This document shows, in pieces, positions 45,535 through 57,819 of a stretch of 64,000 nt of DNA. A program made the position numbers and the translations under genes. Numbering within the stretch: position 1 is the first letter of the stretch; each line of letters opens with the position of its first letter. The DNA lies in assembly GCA_902577425.1 (NCBI GenBank), contig CACGZD010000001.1:318414-382413 (forward strand), given 5' to 3'. Under the pieces are notes generated by a model. That model made no database searches. It was not told the DNA's origin and saw nothing but the letters and a program-made list of their open reading frames with translations. The DNA comes from an uncultured Alphaproteobacteria bacterium (lineage in GTDB: Bacteria; Pseudomonadota; Alphaproteobacteria; HIMB59; GCA-002718135).

Positions 45535-45932
45535 TTATATTTTTTCATAAAATGAAGCATTTAAAGCTTCAATTTTAGCGTTAGCAATTAATATTTGTTT
45601 CTTTGATTCATCTGTATCTTTATTCTGCAATTCTTGTATTTCTTTTTCTATTAAATTCTTATCCAAAGAATTCATTTCTTCTACAGTCTCTCCCAGAACA
45701 ATACATTTTTCAGGATTTACTTCTGCAAACCCTCCAGAAACAAAAAAAGATTTTAATAAATCTTTATTTTCACCATAAATCATTACACGTCCTGATCTAA
45801 GTGAAGATATTAGTTTACTATGACCGGGAAGAACTCCTATATCTCCATCCTTGCCTGGCACAATGATCATGCCTACCTCATCATTAAAAATAAGATTTTC
45901 GGGTGAAACTAAATCAAAAGAAATTTTTGCCA

Positions 45933-45933
<1 letters not shown>
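45535..45933 (-). CDS. atpC: F1 ATP synthase epsilon subunit
   Basis: 132 aa at the end of the atpHAGDC cluster, with a 1-nt overlap with atpD. Confidence 0.9.
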
Positions 45934-48267
<2,334 letters not shown>

Positions 48268-48270
48268 AAA

Positions 48271-49806
48271 TTAACTATTTAAAAATTTATCTACAAATCC
48301 ATCAAGAATAGATTTTAGTTTTTCATCATTCTCTTTAGATAATTCTTTTTCATTTGCCAAAGATTCAAGCAAATCTGAATGATTAGTTCTAACTTCTGAC
48401 ATAACTTCAGATTCAAAACGTACTACATCATTCACTGCAATTTTATCTAAATAGCCTCTAACACCTGCATAAATAGAAACTACTTGCTCTGGTACAGTTA
48501 GAGGAGAATATTGTCCTTGTTTTAATATTTCAACTAATCTTGCACCTCGATCTAGAAGCTGTTTAGTAGAAGCATCAAGATCAGAAGCAAATTGAGCAAA
48601 TGCTGCCATTTCCCTGTATTGAGCTAACTCAAGTTTTACTGGTCCTGCAATCTTTTTCATTGCTTTAGTTTGTGCTGCAGATCCAACCCTGCTAACTGAT
48701 AATCCAACATTAATTGCTGGTCGAATTCCAGCAAAAAATAAATTTGTTTCAAGAAATATCTGTCCATCTGTAATTGAAATAACATTTGTTGGAATATATG
48801 CAGATAAATCTCCTGCTTGGGTTTCAATAACTGGAAGAGCAGTTAAGCTTCCTCCTCCATGCTCATCACTCATTTTAGCAGCTCTCTCTAAAAGTCTACT
48901 ATGAATATAAAAAACATCTCCTGGATAAGCTTCACGTCCTGGCGGTCTTCTAAGTAGTAAAGACATTTGTCTATATGCTACCGCTTGTTTAGATAAATCA
49001 TCATAAACAATCAAAGCATGCATACCATTATCTCTAAAAAACTCTCCCATAGTACAACCTGTGTAGGCTGATAAAAATTGAAGTGGGGCCGGTTCAGAAG
49101 CCGTTGCACTTACGACTATTGTATATTCCATTGCTCCATTGTCTTCTAATGTTTTAACTATTTGTGCAACTGTTGATCTTTTTTGACCAATAGCAACATA
49201 AATACAATACAGCTTTTCTTTTTCATTGTTGGATTCATTAACTGTTTTTTGATTTAAAATTGTATCAATAGCTACGGCAGTTTTACCTGTTTGTCTGTCT
49301 CCAATAATTAGCTCTCTTTGACCTCTTCCTATAGGAACAAGTGCATCTAAAGCTTTTATCCCAGTCTGCATTGGTTCCGACACACTTTGTCTTGGTATAA
49401 TTCCTGGAGCTTTTAATTCAATTCTTCTTCTGTCTTTAGAATTAATTGGACCCTTTCCATCAATTGGATTACCCAAGCCATCAACAACTCTGCCCAATAA
49501 TTCTTTTCCTACTGGTACATCAACAATTTCTCCTGTACGCTTAACAGTATCTCCCTCTTTAATACCTGTATCATCTCCAAAAATACTAACACCTACATTG
49601 TCCATTTCTAAATTTAAAGCCATACCTTTAATTCCACCTGGGAACTCTACCATTTCACCTGCCTGGACCTGATCTAAACCATAGACTCTAGCGATTCCAT
49701 CTCCAACACTTAAAACTGTTCCAACTTCAGCAACATCTGCTTTGGTTTCAAAATTTGATATTTGATCTTTTATTACTGATGAAATTTCTGCAGCTTTAAT
49801 TTCCAT
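48271..49806 (-). CDS. atpA: F1 ATP synthase alpha subunit
   Basis: 511 aa with Walker A GDRQTGKT and canonical alpha-subunit sequence throughout. Confidence 0.97.
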   Translation of the reverse strand: MEIKAAEISSVIKDQISNFETKADVAEVGTVLSVGDGIARVYGLDQVQAGEMVEFPGGIKGMALNLEMDNVGVSIFGDDTGIKEGDTVKRTGEIVDVPVGKELLGRVVDGLGNPIDGKGPINSKDRRRIELKAPGIIPRQSVSEPMQTGIKALDALVPIGRGQRELIIGDRQTGKTAVAIDTILNQKTVNESNNEKEKLYCIYVAIGQKRSTVAQIVKTLEDNGAMEYTIVVSATASEPAPLQFLSAYTGCTMGEFFRDNGMHALIVYDDLSKQAVAYRQMSLLLRRPPGREAYPGDVFYIHSRLLERAAKMSDEHGGGSLTALPVIETQAGDLSAYIPTNVISITDGQIFLETNLFFAGIRPAINVGLSVSRVGSAAQTKAMKKIAGPVKLELAQYREMAAFAQFASDLDASTKQLLDRGARLVEILKQGQYSPLTVPEQVVSIYAGVRGYLDKIAVNDVVRFESEVMSEVRTNHSDLLESLANEKELSKENDEKLKSILDGFVDKFLNS

Positions 49807-50363
49807 TATGCCCCCTTCATTGCAATCTTGAGTTTATTTATTTTATTAGACAAAGATGTGTCAATCATTTTGGAACCTACCTTAATAATCAATCCACCAA
49901 TTATTTGTTCATCAACTTTATAACTAAGCGAAAGCTTATCACCTAAAATTGTTCTTAATTGTTCTTTAATATTATCTTGTTGTTCATTGGATAATTTTTC
50001 TGCAGAAGTTATATCTGCTAAAACATCACCTCTTTTTTGTGCATTAATATTTTTAAATTGAGAAATTATATCAACTGTTTTTTGAAATCTTTTATTTTTA
50101 GATAAAACTTTTAAAAAAGTTGAAGATAATTCATTTGGATTTTTAGATTTTAATATATTTTGTAAAATTTCTAATTTATCATTAGATTTTATAAGAGGAC
50201 TTTTTATAACTAATTTTAAATCTTTATTATTTTTTATCATTGATTGGATAAATAAAAGATCATCTAAAACGACATCTACTAGCTTTTTTTCTGATGCTAA
50301 ATCATATAGCGCTGAAGCATAACGATCTGATATTAGGTCGCCAGAAGATAATTGTGATGCCAT
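49806..50363 (-). CDS. atpH: F1 ATP synthase delta (OSCP) subunit
   Basis: 185 aa, first gene of the cluster, with the RYA.AL...A pattern at the N-terminus. Confidence 0.85.
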   Translation of the reverse strand: MASQLSSGDLISDRYASALYDLASEKKLVDVVLDDLLFIQSMIKNNKDLKLVIKSPLIKSNDKLEILQNILKSKNPNELSSTFLKVLSKNKRFQKTVDIISQFKNINAQKRGDVLADITSAEKLSNEQQDNIKEQLRTILGDKLSLSYKVDEQIIGGLIIKVGSKMIDTSLSNKINKLKIAMKGA

Positions 50364-50482
50364 TAATATTCTCCAAATTAGGAATTGAGAATGGGTATTA
50401 ACACATCAGAAAATCAAGGTAAACTGTGAGTTTATCTACTAAAGTGAGTATTTCGACGCAATTTTTTGAATCTGTGGGTAAA

Positions 50483-52450
50483 TTACATAAAAGTATATGG
50501 GTCAACATCAATTATTCGCTTTAGTGACGACGGTAGAGGGTATTTTTTAAGCAAAAATTTGGTGTATTCATTGAGAATTTTTCTTGAACTCCCCTTAATT
50601 AATATTCTATATCTGTGCTGACCTCTGAGTAAAAAAATAGGTGCTTCTACAGGACCTAGAATAATAATATTTTTTGAAGAAAAATTGTGCTGTACTAATT
50701 TTTGAGCATAACTTTCTGCCCGGCTTTTTGCGTGTCCTGATATAATAATTGATGTCATATATGTAAAAGGAGGAATATTAAATGTTTCCCTATCTTTTAG
50801 AGCTTGTTGTACAAATAATTTGCGGTCCCTTTTTATTAAAGATTGAATAACTTCTTGATCAGGAAAATAAGTTTGAATTAAAACTTTACCTCTTTTATTT
50901 GTTCTTCCTGCTCTGCCACTTACTTGTTGTAACAAGTTATAGGTTCTTTCTATGGCCCTCATATCTCCTCCAGTTAAACCTGCATCAGCATCCAAAACAC
51001 CTACAAAAGACAGGTTAGGAAAATGATAACCTTTAGCCATAATCTGCGTAGCTACTAAAATATTTATTTTATTATTTTCAAAATTTTCTACTATTTTTTT
51101 AATTTTATTTGGAGTATTCGCAACATCACTCGACATTACTCCAATTTTATATTGTGGAAACAAAATACCTAGCTCTTCTTGAATGCGTTCAATTCCTGGT
51201 CCAATTAATTTTATTGATTCTTTAGATTTACATTTTGGACAATCAGATTCTATAGAATAAATTACACCACAGTGATGGCATAACAAACGTTTTTTTGATC
51301 TATGCATTACTAACCATGAAGTACATTGATTACATTGATATCTATATCCACACTCAAAACACAAACTTAATGGTGAGTAGCCCCTTCTATTCAAAAATAA
51401 TAATGCTTGTTCTTTTTTATTTAAACAAGAAGTTAATTCGTCAATAATTGGTTGAGAAATCCATTTATCTTTTTTTAATGAATTTTCATTTAAATTAATT
51501 AATTCAATTTTAGGTAATGCGATTCCTGAAAATTGTGATTTTAAGAAAACATGTTTATATTTTTTTTTATTTATATTGTTTTGAGTCTCTAAAGATGGTG
51601 TAGCGGAGGATAAAATAATATTACATTTTTCAATTTTTGCTCTTACAGTGGCTATATCTCTTGCATGATAACGAATGTTATCTTCTTGTTTGTAAGAAAT
51701 ATCATGTTCTTCATCAACAATTATTAAACCTAATTTTTTAAATGGAAGAAATAATGAAGACCTAGCACCTATAACTACTATCGGCTCTCCTAAATAAGAA
51801 CGGAACCAAATACTTTTTCTTTTTTTGTCTGAAATTTTTGAATGCCATACTTCTGGATTAAAGCCAAATCTTTCTAAAAATCTTTTTTCTAATTGAGGTG
51901 TTAAAGAAATTTCTGGTACCATAATCAATATTTGTTTATTTTTTTTGTATACCTCTTCTACAATTTCAAAATATACTTCAGTTTTACCTGAGCCCGTTAC
52001 TCCATCCAAAACGATTGGTGAATAAAATTTAAACAATAAGTCTTTTATTTTTTGTGAGGCAATTGCTTGATCATTATTTAATTTAACAACATTAGGCTTA
52101 AATAAATTATTTTTTTGTTCAATTTTATTTTCTTCAATAATTTTATTATTAATTAAAAATAGCTTAAGTACAAGTCCTCTAGGCTCGAGCGTGTAATCAC
52201 TAATCCAATTAATTAATTTTATGATTTGTTTGCTTAGTAAAATTTCTTCAAAAACATATTCAACATTTTTAATTTCATACTCTTTTTTCTCAGGCAATGT
52301 TTGCATGGTCTCTATGACCATTCCTAACTGATTCTTTGTTCTCCCAAATGGAACCCTAACAATATTTCCTTCTTTGACAATTTGTCCTTTTTTTAGTTTA
52401 TAGGTGAAATATTGATCAAAAGGCCTAGTGACAATGATATTACAAAACAT
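50483..52450 (-). CDS. priA: primosomal replication restart helicase PriA
   Basis: About 655 aa from the ATG at 52450 (MFCNIIVTRPF). It has Walker A GVTGSGKTEVY, DEEH (VDEEHD) and a Cys-rich zinc region (CFECG...CNQC...CHHCG...CPKC). The ORF-track extension to 52618 overlaps tal and is rejected. Confidence 0.9.
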   Translation of the reverse strand: MFCNIIVTRPFDQYFTYKLKKGQIVKEGNIVRVPFGRTKNQLGMVIETMQTLPEKKEYEIKNVEYVFEEILLSKQIIKLINWISDYTLEPRGLVLKLFLINNKIIEENKIEQKNNLFKPNVVKLNNDQAIASQKIKDLLFKFYSPIVLDGVTGSGKTEVYFEIVEEVYKKNKQILIMVPEISLTPQLEKRFLERFGFNPEVWHSKISDKKRKSIWFRSYLGEPIVVIGARSSLFLPFKKLGLIIVDEEHDISYKQEDNIRYHARDIATVRAKIEKCNIILSSATPSLETQNNINKKKYKHVFLKSQFSGIALPKIELINLNENSLKKDKWISQPIIDELTSCLNKKEQALLFLNRRGYSPLSLCFECGYRYQCNQCTSWLVMHRSKKRLLCHHCGVIYSIESDCPKCKSKESIKLIGPGIERIQEELGILFPQYKIGVMSSDVANTPNKIKKIVENFENNKINILVATQIMAKGYHFPNLSFVGVLDADAGLTGGDMRAIERTYNLLQQVSGRAGRTNKRGKVLIQTYFPDQEVIQSLIKRDRKLFVQQALKDRETFNIPPFTYMTSIIISGHAKSRAESYAQKLVQHNFSSKNIIILGPVEAPIFLLRGQHRYRILIKGSSRKILNEYTKFLLKKYPLPSSLKRIIDVDPYTFM

Positions 52451-52513
52451 ATTTTTTTTAATTAATTTATTTCTTATTTTTTTAAATATTACTTTTATGT
52501 TATAGATAAATCT

Positions 52514-53173
52514 ATGAAGTTTTTTGTAGATACAGCAAATATAGAGGATATAGAAAAATTGATTCCAACTGGATTCGTTGATGGAGTTACAACAAATCCC
52601 TCTCTTATTGCTAAACAAGGAGCAGATATGGCTAAAACCATTAAAAATATCTGTTCGATTGTTAATGGTCCTGTCAGTGCTGAAGTTACAGCTACTGATT
52701 TTACAAAAATGCTTGAAGAAGGTGAATATTTAGCTTCATTGGCAAAAAATGTTGCTGTTAAAGTTCCTTTAACTATTGATGGTCTTAAAACTTGCAAGTC
52801 TCTTCGCGAAAAAGGAATTATGGTGAATGTCACTTTATGTTTTTCTGCTGCTCAAGCTTTATTAGCTGCTAAAGCGGGTGCTTCATTTATCTCACCTTTT
52901 GTAGGAAGGCTAGATGACATCGGAGAAAAAGGGATGGACCTTATAGAAGATATAGTAATAATGTATGAAAACTATGCTTTTGAAACAGAGGTTCTAGTTG
53001 CCTCTATTCGTACTAAACAGCATGTAATTGATTCAGCAGTCATTGGAGCTCATGTTGCAACCCTACCTCCAAAAGTAATTTATGAGCTATACGATCATTC
53101 TTTAACCGACAAAGGTCTCAAGGCTTTTCTTGATGATTGGGCAAAAACTGGGCAATCTATACTTCCTAAATAA
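52514..53173 (+). CDS. tal: transaldolase (short, TalC/Fsa subfamily)
   Basis: 219 aa with [21 protein letters not shown] and the Schiff-base Lys context VAVKVP. Confidence 0.9.
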   Translation: MKFFVDTANIEDIEKLIPTGFVDGVTTNPSLIAKQGADMAKTIKNICSIVNGPVSAEVTATDFTKMLEEGEYLASLAKNVAVKVPLTIDGLKTCKSLREKGIMVNVTLCFSAAQALLAAKAGASFISPFVGRLDDIGEKGMDLIEDIVIMYENYAFETEVLVASIRTKQHVIDSAVIGAHVATLPPKVIYELYDHSLTDKGLKAFLDDWAKTGQSILPK

Positions 53174-53175
53174 GT

Positions 53176-53841
53176 ATGAAAAAAGAAAATGACAAAAATT
53201 CCTCGGAAGAGATTGTCATTGAATATTTAAAAAAAAATAAAAATTTTTTTATTAAGTATCCAGAACTGATTAAAGGGCTCAATTTTCCTTTAAAAGATAA
53301 TGGTTCTGAAAAGATTATCGACTTAGATGCATATAGATATAAAAAAATTTCTCAAGAAAATATAGATCTTCAAAATCAAATGACTGAAATTCTTTTAGCA
53401 GGCAAAAGTCACATGCAATCTCAAAAAAGAATTCTTAAATCATCACTTAAAATTCTTAATAGCAAATCACTAGCAAAAGTCTTTAGTGTTATTTTATCAG
53501 ATTTTAAAGTGCTTCTTGGTTGTGAATATATTAATTGCTTTAGTACAAATAATAATATTGGCATCAATAAAGTTCAAAAAATAGATACTCGCGTAGCAAA
53601 AAGTTATTTTCGTGACAAAGTGATGGCAAATTTAAATCAAAATCCTAAAGGTGTCTTGTTATTCTTTCCCAATAAATCACCACAAATAAAATCCTATATT
53701 TTATTAAAAATTAATTATCAGGAAGAAATGTTTATTGTTGCTATGGGGTCAAAAGATGTCAATAAATTTAATCCTGATCAACAGGTTGATCTTATCGAAT
53801 ATTTAATAAAAATTATTGAGAATAAAATTCATCAATTATGA
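53176..53841 (+). CDS. DUF484-family (GAF-like) protein
   Basis: 221 aa. The N-terminal IEYLKKNKNFFIKYPELI and the coiled Q-rich segment resemble DUF484 proteins. These usually sit next to xerC in proteobacteria. Confidence 0.5.
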   Translation: MKKENDKNSSEEIVIEYLKKNKNFFIKYPELIKGLNFPLKDNGSEKIIDLDAYRYKKISQENIDLQNQMTEILLAGKSHMQSQKRILKSSLKILNSKSLAKVFSVILSDFKVLLGCEYINCFSTNNNIGINKVQKIDTRVAKSYFRDKVMANLNQNPKGVLLFFPNKSPQIKSYILLKINYQEEMFIVAMGSKDVNKFNPDQQVDLIEYLIKIIENKIHQL

Positions 53842-55160
53842 AGATAATAGTTTTCATTCTTTTTTTCCTGTTCTCTTACTCTTCATCTCACGCCAATGAA
53901 AAAATATGTGGTTGGATAATGGACGAACCATTTAAAGAATATCAAGATGAGGCAAAGGATAAACATTCTTCTATGTATGTCGTCGTAAGTGATGGCGAAT
54001 GCGAGTATGGAATAGCTATTGGCAAAAAATCAGAAGAAAAAGCAAAAAAAGCAGCTTTTAAAAATTGTGAAAAATGGAGAAAAGAAAATAACATTGCAGG
54101 AAAGTGTGAACCCTTTGCTGTTAATGACAAAATTCTATGGGAAGATATTTCTTTTATTACGAATGATGAAGGTGAAAGCGAGTATGACAATACAGCCGAT
54201 ATGGTTGAATATGAATATAGAACACCTGACTGGTATGGACAAGAAGAAATAATATTTCCAAAATATAAAGGAGTTCCTGATGATCTTCGCAATTTATTCT
54301 TGAAAACCCTTGAGTACTCCTACCTTGAGCTAGGTGAAAAACCCATTGCAGAAACTCACGTTATTATCTGGGATGAAAAGAGATCTGATCTTAAAAAAGT
54401 TGCTCAAAATTGGTGTGAAGTAAATCGCGGAGAAGATTTTAATAAAAAATGTTTAGACGTAGGTGGTGGTGATGACAAAGGATGGTTCAAAGAATGTATT
54501 GCATCTGCGTATTTTTCACCTGAAACATTAAAAGGAAGTATTGAGGGTAATAAATGTTGGTGGAGAGGATATAAGAAAGAAGGATGGAGTGTTGCAAAAA
54601 TAGTAGCACATGAGTATTTTCATGTTCATCAAAATATGAAGAAAATTTTTTTTGAAGAAGAACAACGTTTTGGTGTTGCCCAGTATAAATTTAATGATGA
54701 TATGCCGATGTGGATTGAAGAAGGTGGAGCAGAATATTTTGGCTATTATATAGTTGGAAAAAATAATTTGGCAGATTATAAAAAAATCATGAAACAAAGA
54801 CTTAAGTCCTTTCGCAAATGTGCAAAAAAAGGAATAAAACTAAAAGATGTGGAAAGAGAAGAGGACGCCATCAAACTTCGCAGTAAATGTGATTACGGCT
54901 TTGAATATGACGGTGGTATGTGGGCTACAGCCTATCTTGCATCTTTACATGGGTCTAATAAGAAAGTTTTCTATAATTTTTATGAGGATATTGCTGAATT
55001 AGAATTAAAGTATAGAGAACAAGGAATAATACACCAGGGCTGGAGAGAGTCATTTAAAAAAAATTTTAGTATAAGTTATGAAGATTTTATCTTAAAGTTT
55101 GAAAAATTTACTAATTTAAGTTTTAAAGAACAATTTAAAATTTTAGATCAAATTAAATAA
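53838..55160 (+). CDS. secreted gluzincin-like (peptidase MA-type HExxH ... EGxAEY) protein with Cys-rich N-terminal domain
   Basis: 440 aa with a signal peptide (MKIIVFILFFLFSYSSSHA). AHEYFHVHQ is followed 28 residues later by WIEEGGAEYFGYY. The N-terminal roughly 80 aa carry paired Cys (DUF4189-like pattern). The ATGA overlaps the upstream gene. Confidence 0.6.
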   Translation: MKIIVFILFFLFSYSSSHANEKICGWIMDEPFKEYQDEAKDKHSSMYVVVSDGECEYGIAIGKKSEEKAKKAAFKNCEKWRKENNIAGKCEPFAVNDKILWEDISFITNDEGESEYDNTADMVEYEYRTPDWYGQEEIIFPKYKGVPDDLRNLFLKTLEYSYLELGEKPIAETHVIIWDEKRSDLKKVAQNWCEVNRGEDFNKKCLDVGGGDDKGWFKECIASAYFSPETLKGSIEGNKCWWRGYKKEGWSVAKIVAHEYFHVHQNMKKIFFEEEQRFGVAQYKFNDDMPMWIEEGGAEYFGYYIVGKNNLADYKKIMKQRLKSFRKCAKKGIKLKDVEREEDAIKLRSKCDYGFEYDGGMWATAYLASLHGSNKKVFYNFYEDIAELELKYREQGIIHQGWRESFKKNFSISYEDFILKFEKFTNLSFKEQFKILDQIK

Positions 55161-55192
55161 TAAAAAGCAAAAAGATTAAATTTTAATACTAT

Positions 55193-56590
55193 TTAAATAT
55201 GAATAGCCCTACCATCAACATTCATTGCTGCCTCTTTAACTGCTTCACTTGTTGTTGGATGAGCATGACAAATACGAGCAATATCTTCGGCACTACCGCC
55301 AAATTCCATTGTAGTAACAATTTCAGCAATTAGCTGACCCGCATCATGACCTATAATATGCGCACCTAAAATTGAGTCTGTTTTTTTATCAGCTAAAATT
55401 TTAACAAAACCTTCGGTAGTGGATGTCGTGAGAGCTCTGCCATTTGCCATAAAAGGAAACTTTCCAACCTTGTATTCCATTTTAAGTTCTTTAAGTTGTT
55501 CTTCTGTTTTGCCAACGGAAGCAACTTCAGGATTTGTATATACTATCGCTGGGATAATATCGTAGTTAATATGTGTTTTTTGACCATGAATTAATTCTAT
55601 ACATGCGACACCTTCTTCTTCTGCTTTATGCGCTAGCATTGGTCCAGGTGCAACATCTCCTATTGCATAAATACCGTCAACACTTGTTTTAAATTCTTGA
55701 TTAATTTTTATTGCTTTTTTTTCATCTAAGTTAACACCGATTTTTTCTAAATTTAATCCTTCTGAGTTTGGTTTTCGCCCAACTGACATAAGAACAATTT
55801 CATATTTTTCTTTAAGTTCTTTTTTTTCAGGTGATTCTATAGATACTTCAACATTATCTTTATTTATTTTTGCATTATTAACTTTATGAGATAATTTAAA
55901 TTCTATACCTTGTTTTTGTAAGACCTTCATAAAATTAGATGCAATCTCTCCGTCCATAGTTGGAACAATACGGCCTAATGCTTCTACTACTGTTACTTTT
56001 GTTCCAAGTCTTGACCAAACAGATCCCATCTCTAAACCAATATATCCACCTCCAATAACCAACATAGATTTTGGAACTGATTGTAGAGAAAGAGCGCCAG
56101 TCGATGTAACAATTTTTTTTTCATCAATTGGTATACTAGGTATTTCAATAGAAGAAGATCCTGTGGCTATAATAAAATTTTTAGCTGAAAGTTTTTTTTC
56201 TTCTTTTGAAGATTTAACAAAAATTGTTTTACTATCAATAAAAGATGCTGAGCCTCTAATATGTTCAATTTTATTTTTTTTGAATAGAAAACCAATTCCT
56301 CCTGTAAGTTGTTTTACGATTTTATCTTTACGTTGCATTAGTTTTGCTAAATCAAGTTCTATTTTTGTAGCCTTGATCCCATGCTCTTCAGCATGTTTTG
56401 AGATATCCATAAATTTTTCTGATGAATTCAATAAAGCTTTTGAAGGAATACATCCTATGTTCAAACAAGTGCCGCCCAACGTTGATTCTTTTTCTACACA
56501 CGCAACTTTCATTCCAAGTTGTGCAGCTCTAATCGCAGCAACATATCCTCCTGGTCCAGCTCCAACAACAATTACATCAAAATCAGCCAT
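55193..56590 (-). CDS. lpdA: dihydrolipoyl dehydrogenase (E3)
   Basis: 465 aa with GAGPGGY, the redox-active CLNIGCIPSK and a C-terminal HAHPT. Confidence 0.95.
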   Translation of the reverse strand: MADFDVIVVGAGPGGYVAAIRAAQLGMKVACVEKESTLGGTCLNIGCIPSKALLNSSEKFMDISKHAEEHGIKATKIELDLAKLMQRKDKIVKQLTGGIGFLFKKNKIEHIRGSASFIDSKTIFVKSSKEEKKLSAKNFIIATGSSSIEIPSIPIDEKKIVTSTGALSLQSVPKSMLVIGGGYIGLEMGSVWSRLGTKVTVVEALGRIVPTMDGEIASNFMKVLQKQGIEFKLSHKVNNAKINKDNVEVSIESPEKKELKEKYEIVLMSVGRKPNSEGLNLEKIGVNLDEKKAIKINQEFKTSVDGIYAIGDVAPGPMLAHKAEEEGVACIELIHGQKTHINYDIIPAIVYTNPEVASVGKTEEQLKELKMEYKVGKFPFMANGRALTTSTTEGFVKILADKKTDSILGAHIIGHDAGQLIAEIVTTMEFGGSAEDIARICHAHPTTSEAVKEAAMNVDGRAIHI

Positions 56591-57787
56591 CTAAATACCT
56601 AATACAATCTTTGAAGGATTTTCTAGCAAAGATTTAATTTTTACAAGAAAACCAACACTTTCTTTGCCGTCAATAATACGATGATCATAACTAAATGCCA
56701 AATACATCATGGGACGAGCAACAATTTCGTCATCTACAACAACAGCTCTTTTTTGAATATTATGCATACCTAAAATACCTGATTGTGGTCTATTAATAAT
56801 AGGTGTGCTTAACATAGAACCATAGACACCTCCATTTGATATAGTAAAAGTTCCTCCACTTAAATCATCCATAGTTAAACTTCCCTCTTTAGCCTTGTCA
56901 CTTAGTTCAACTATTTTCTGTTCAATGTCTCCGAAAGTCATTTCATCAGCATTAGTTAAAACTGGAACAACTAAACCTTTTTCAGTACCAACAGCAATAC
57001 CAATATCAAAATGATTTTTATAAACAATATTGTTTTCGCGTATTTCAGCATTAACAGCAGGAAATTCTTGAAGACTCATCACTACAGCTTTTACAAAAAA
57101 GGACATAAATCCTAATTTGACTCCATAACGCTCTTTAAAATCATCATTTTTTTTCTCTCGTATTTCGATGATAGCTGACATATCAACTTCATTAAAGGTA
57201 GTTAAGATGGCTGCAGTATTTTGTGATTCTTTTAGTCGTGTTGCTATGGTTTGTCTAATTTTAGACATAGGAACTATTTCTTCTCTGTCAGTAGGTTTTT
57301 GTTTTTTTAATGTATTTTTTCCTTCTAAATGATTTAAAATATCCTCTTTTGTAATTCGGCCATCATCTCTTTGTGTTTTCACAGAACTTGCATCAAGATT
57401 ATTTTCTTCAAGCATTTTTTTTACTGATGGAGATAATTTATTATTATTTTGATTTATTTTTTTATCCTCCCTAATATTTTGCTCAACTATTTTTTCTTTT
57501 TTCGGTTCAATATTTTTTATTTCATTAGTTTGAATTTTTTTTGAACCATTAGAATCTCCAATAATTCCTAAAATACCACCAATTTGAATATCAGTACCTT
57601 CTTTGGCTTTAATTTCTGACAAAGATCCTGCCTGTGGTGCTGGAACTTCTACTGTAATTTTATCTGTCTCAATTTCAACCAAGGGCTCATCTACATTAAA
57701 AGGCTCACCAACCTTTTTTAACCATTTAGAAACAGTGGCCTCTGTAATGGATTCACCTAAAGTAGGAACTATTAATTCAACAGTCAT
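56591..57787 (-). CDS. sucB: 2-oxoglutarate dehydrogenase E2, dihydrolipoamide succinyltransferase
   Basis: 398 aa with a lipoyl domain (ETDKITVEV), a peripheral subunit-binding domain, and the catalytic DHRIIDG. Confidence 0.95.
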   Translation of the reverse strand: MTVELIVPTLGESITEATVSKWLKKVGEPFNVDEPLVEIETDKITVEVPAPQAGSLSEIKAKEGTDIQIGGILGIIGDSNGSKKIQTNEIKNIEPKKEKIVEQNIREDKKINQNNNKLSPSVKKMLEENNLDASSVKTQRDDGRITKEDILNHLEGKNTLKKQKPTDREEIVPMSKIRQTIATRLKESQNTAAILTTFNEVDMSAIIEIREKKNDDFKERYGVKLGFMSFFVKAVVMSLQEFPAVNAEIRENNIVYKNHFDIGIAVGTEKGLVVPVLTNADEMTFGDIEQKIVELSDKAKEGSLTMDDLSGGTFTISNGGVYGSMLSTPIINRPQSGILGMHNIQKRAVVVDDEIVARPMMYLAFSYDHRIIDGKESVGFLVKIKSLLENPSKIVLGI

Positions 57788-57819
57788 TGCGTTTATCTCT
57801 ATTTATCATTTTACTTTTT

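Noticed and set aside
52451-52833. N-terminal extension of the priA ORF (to 52618) and the 112-aa minus-strand ORF 52495-52833, both overlapping tal
   Set aside because: tal is unambiguous from MKFFVDTAN onward. PriA homology begins at the internal ATG at 52450 (MFCNIIVTRPF). The extension is Cys/Ile/Tyr-rich junk.
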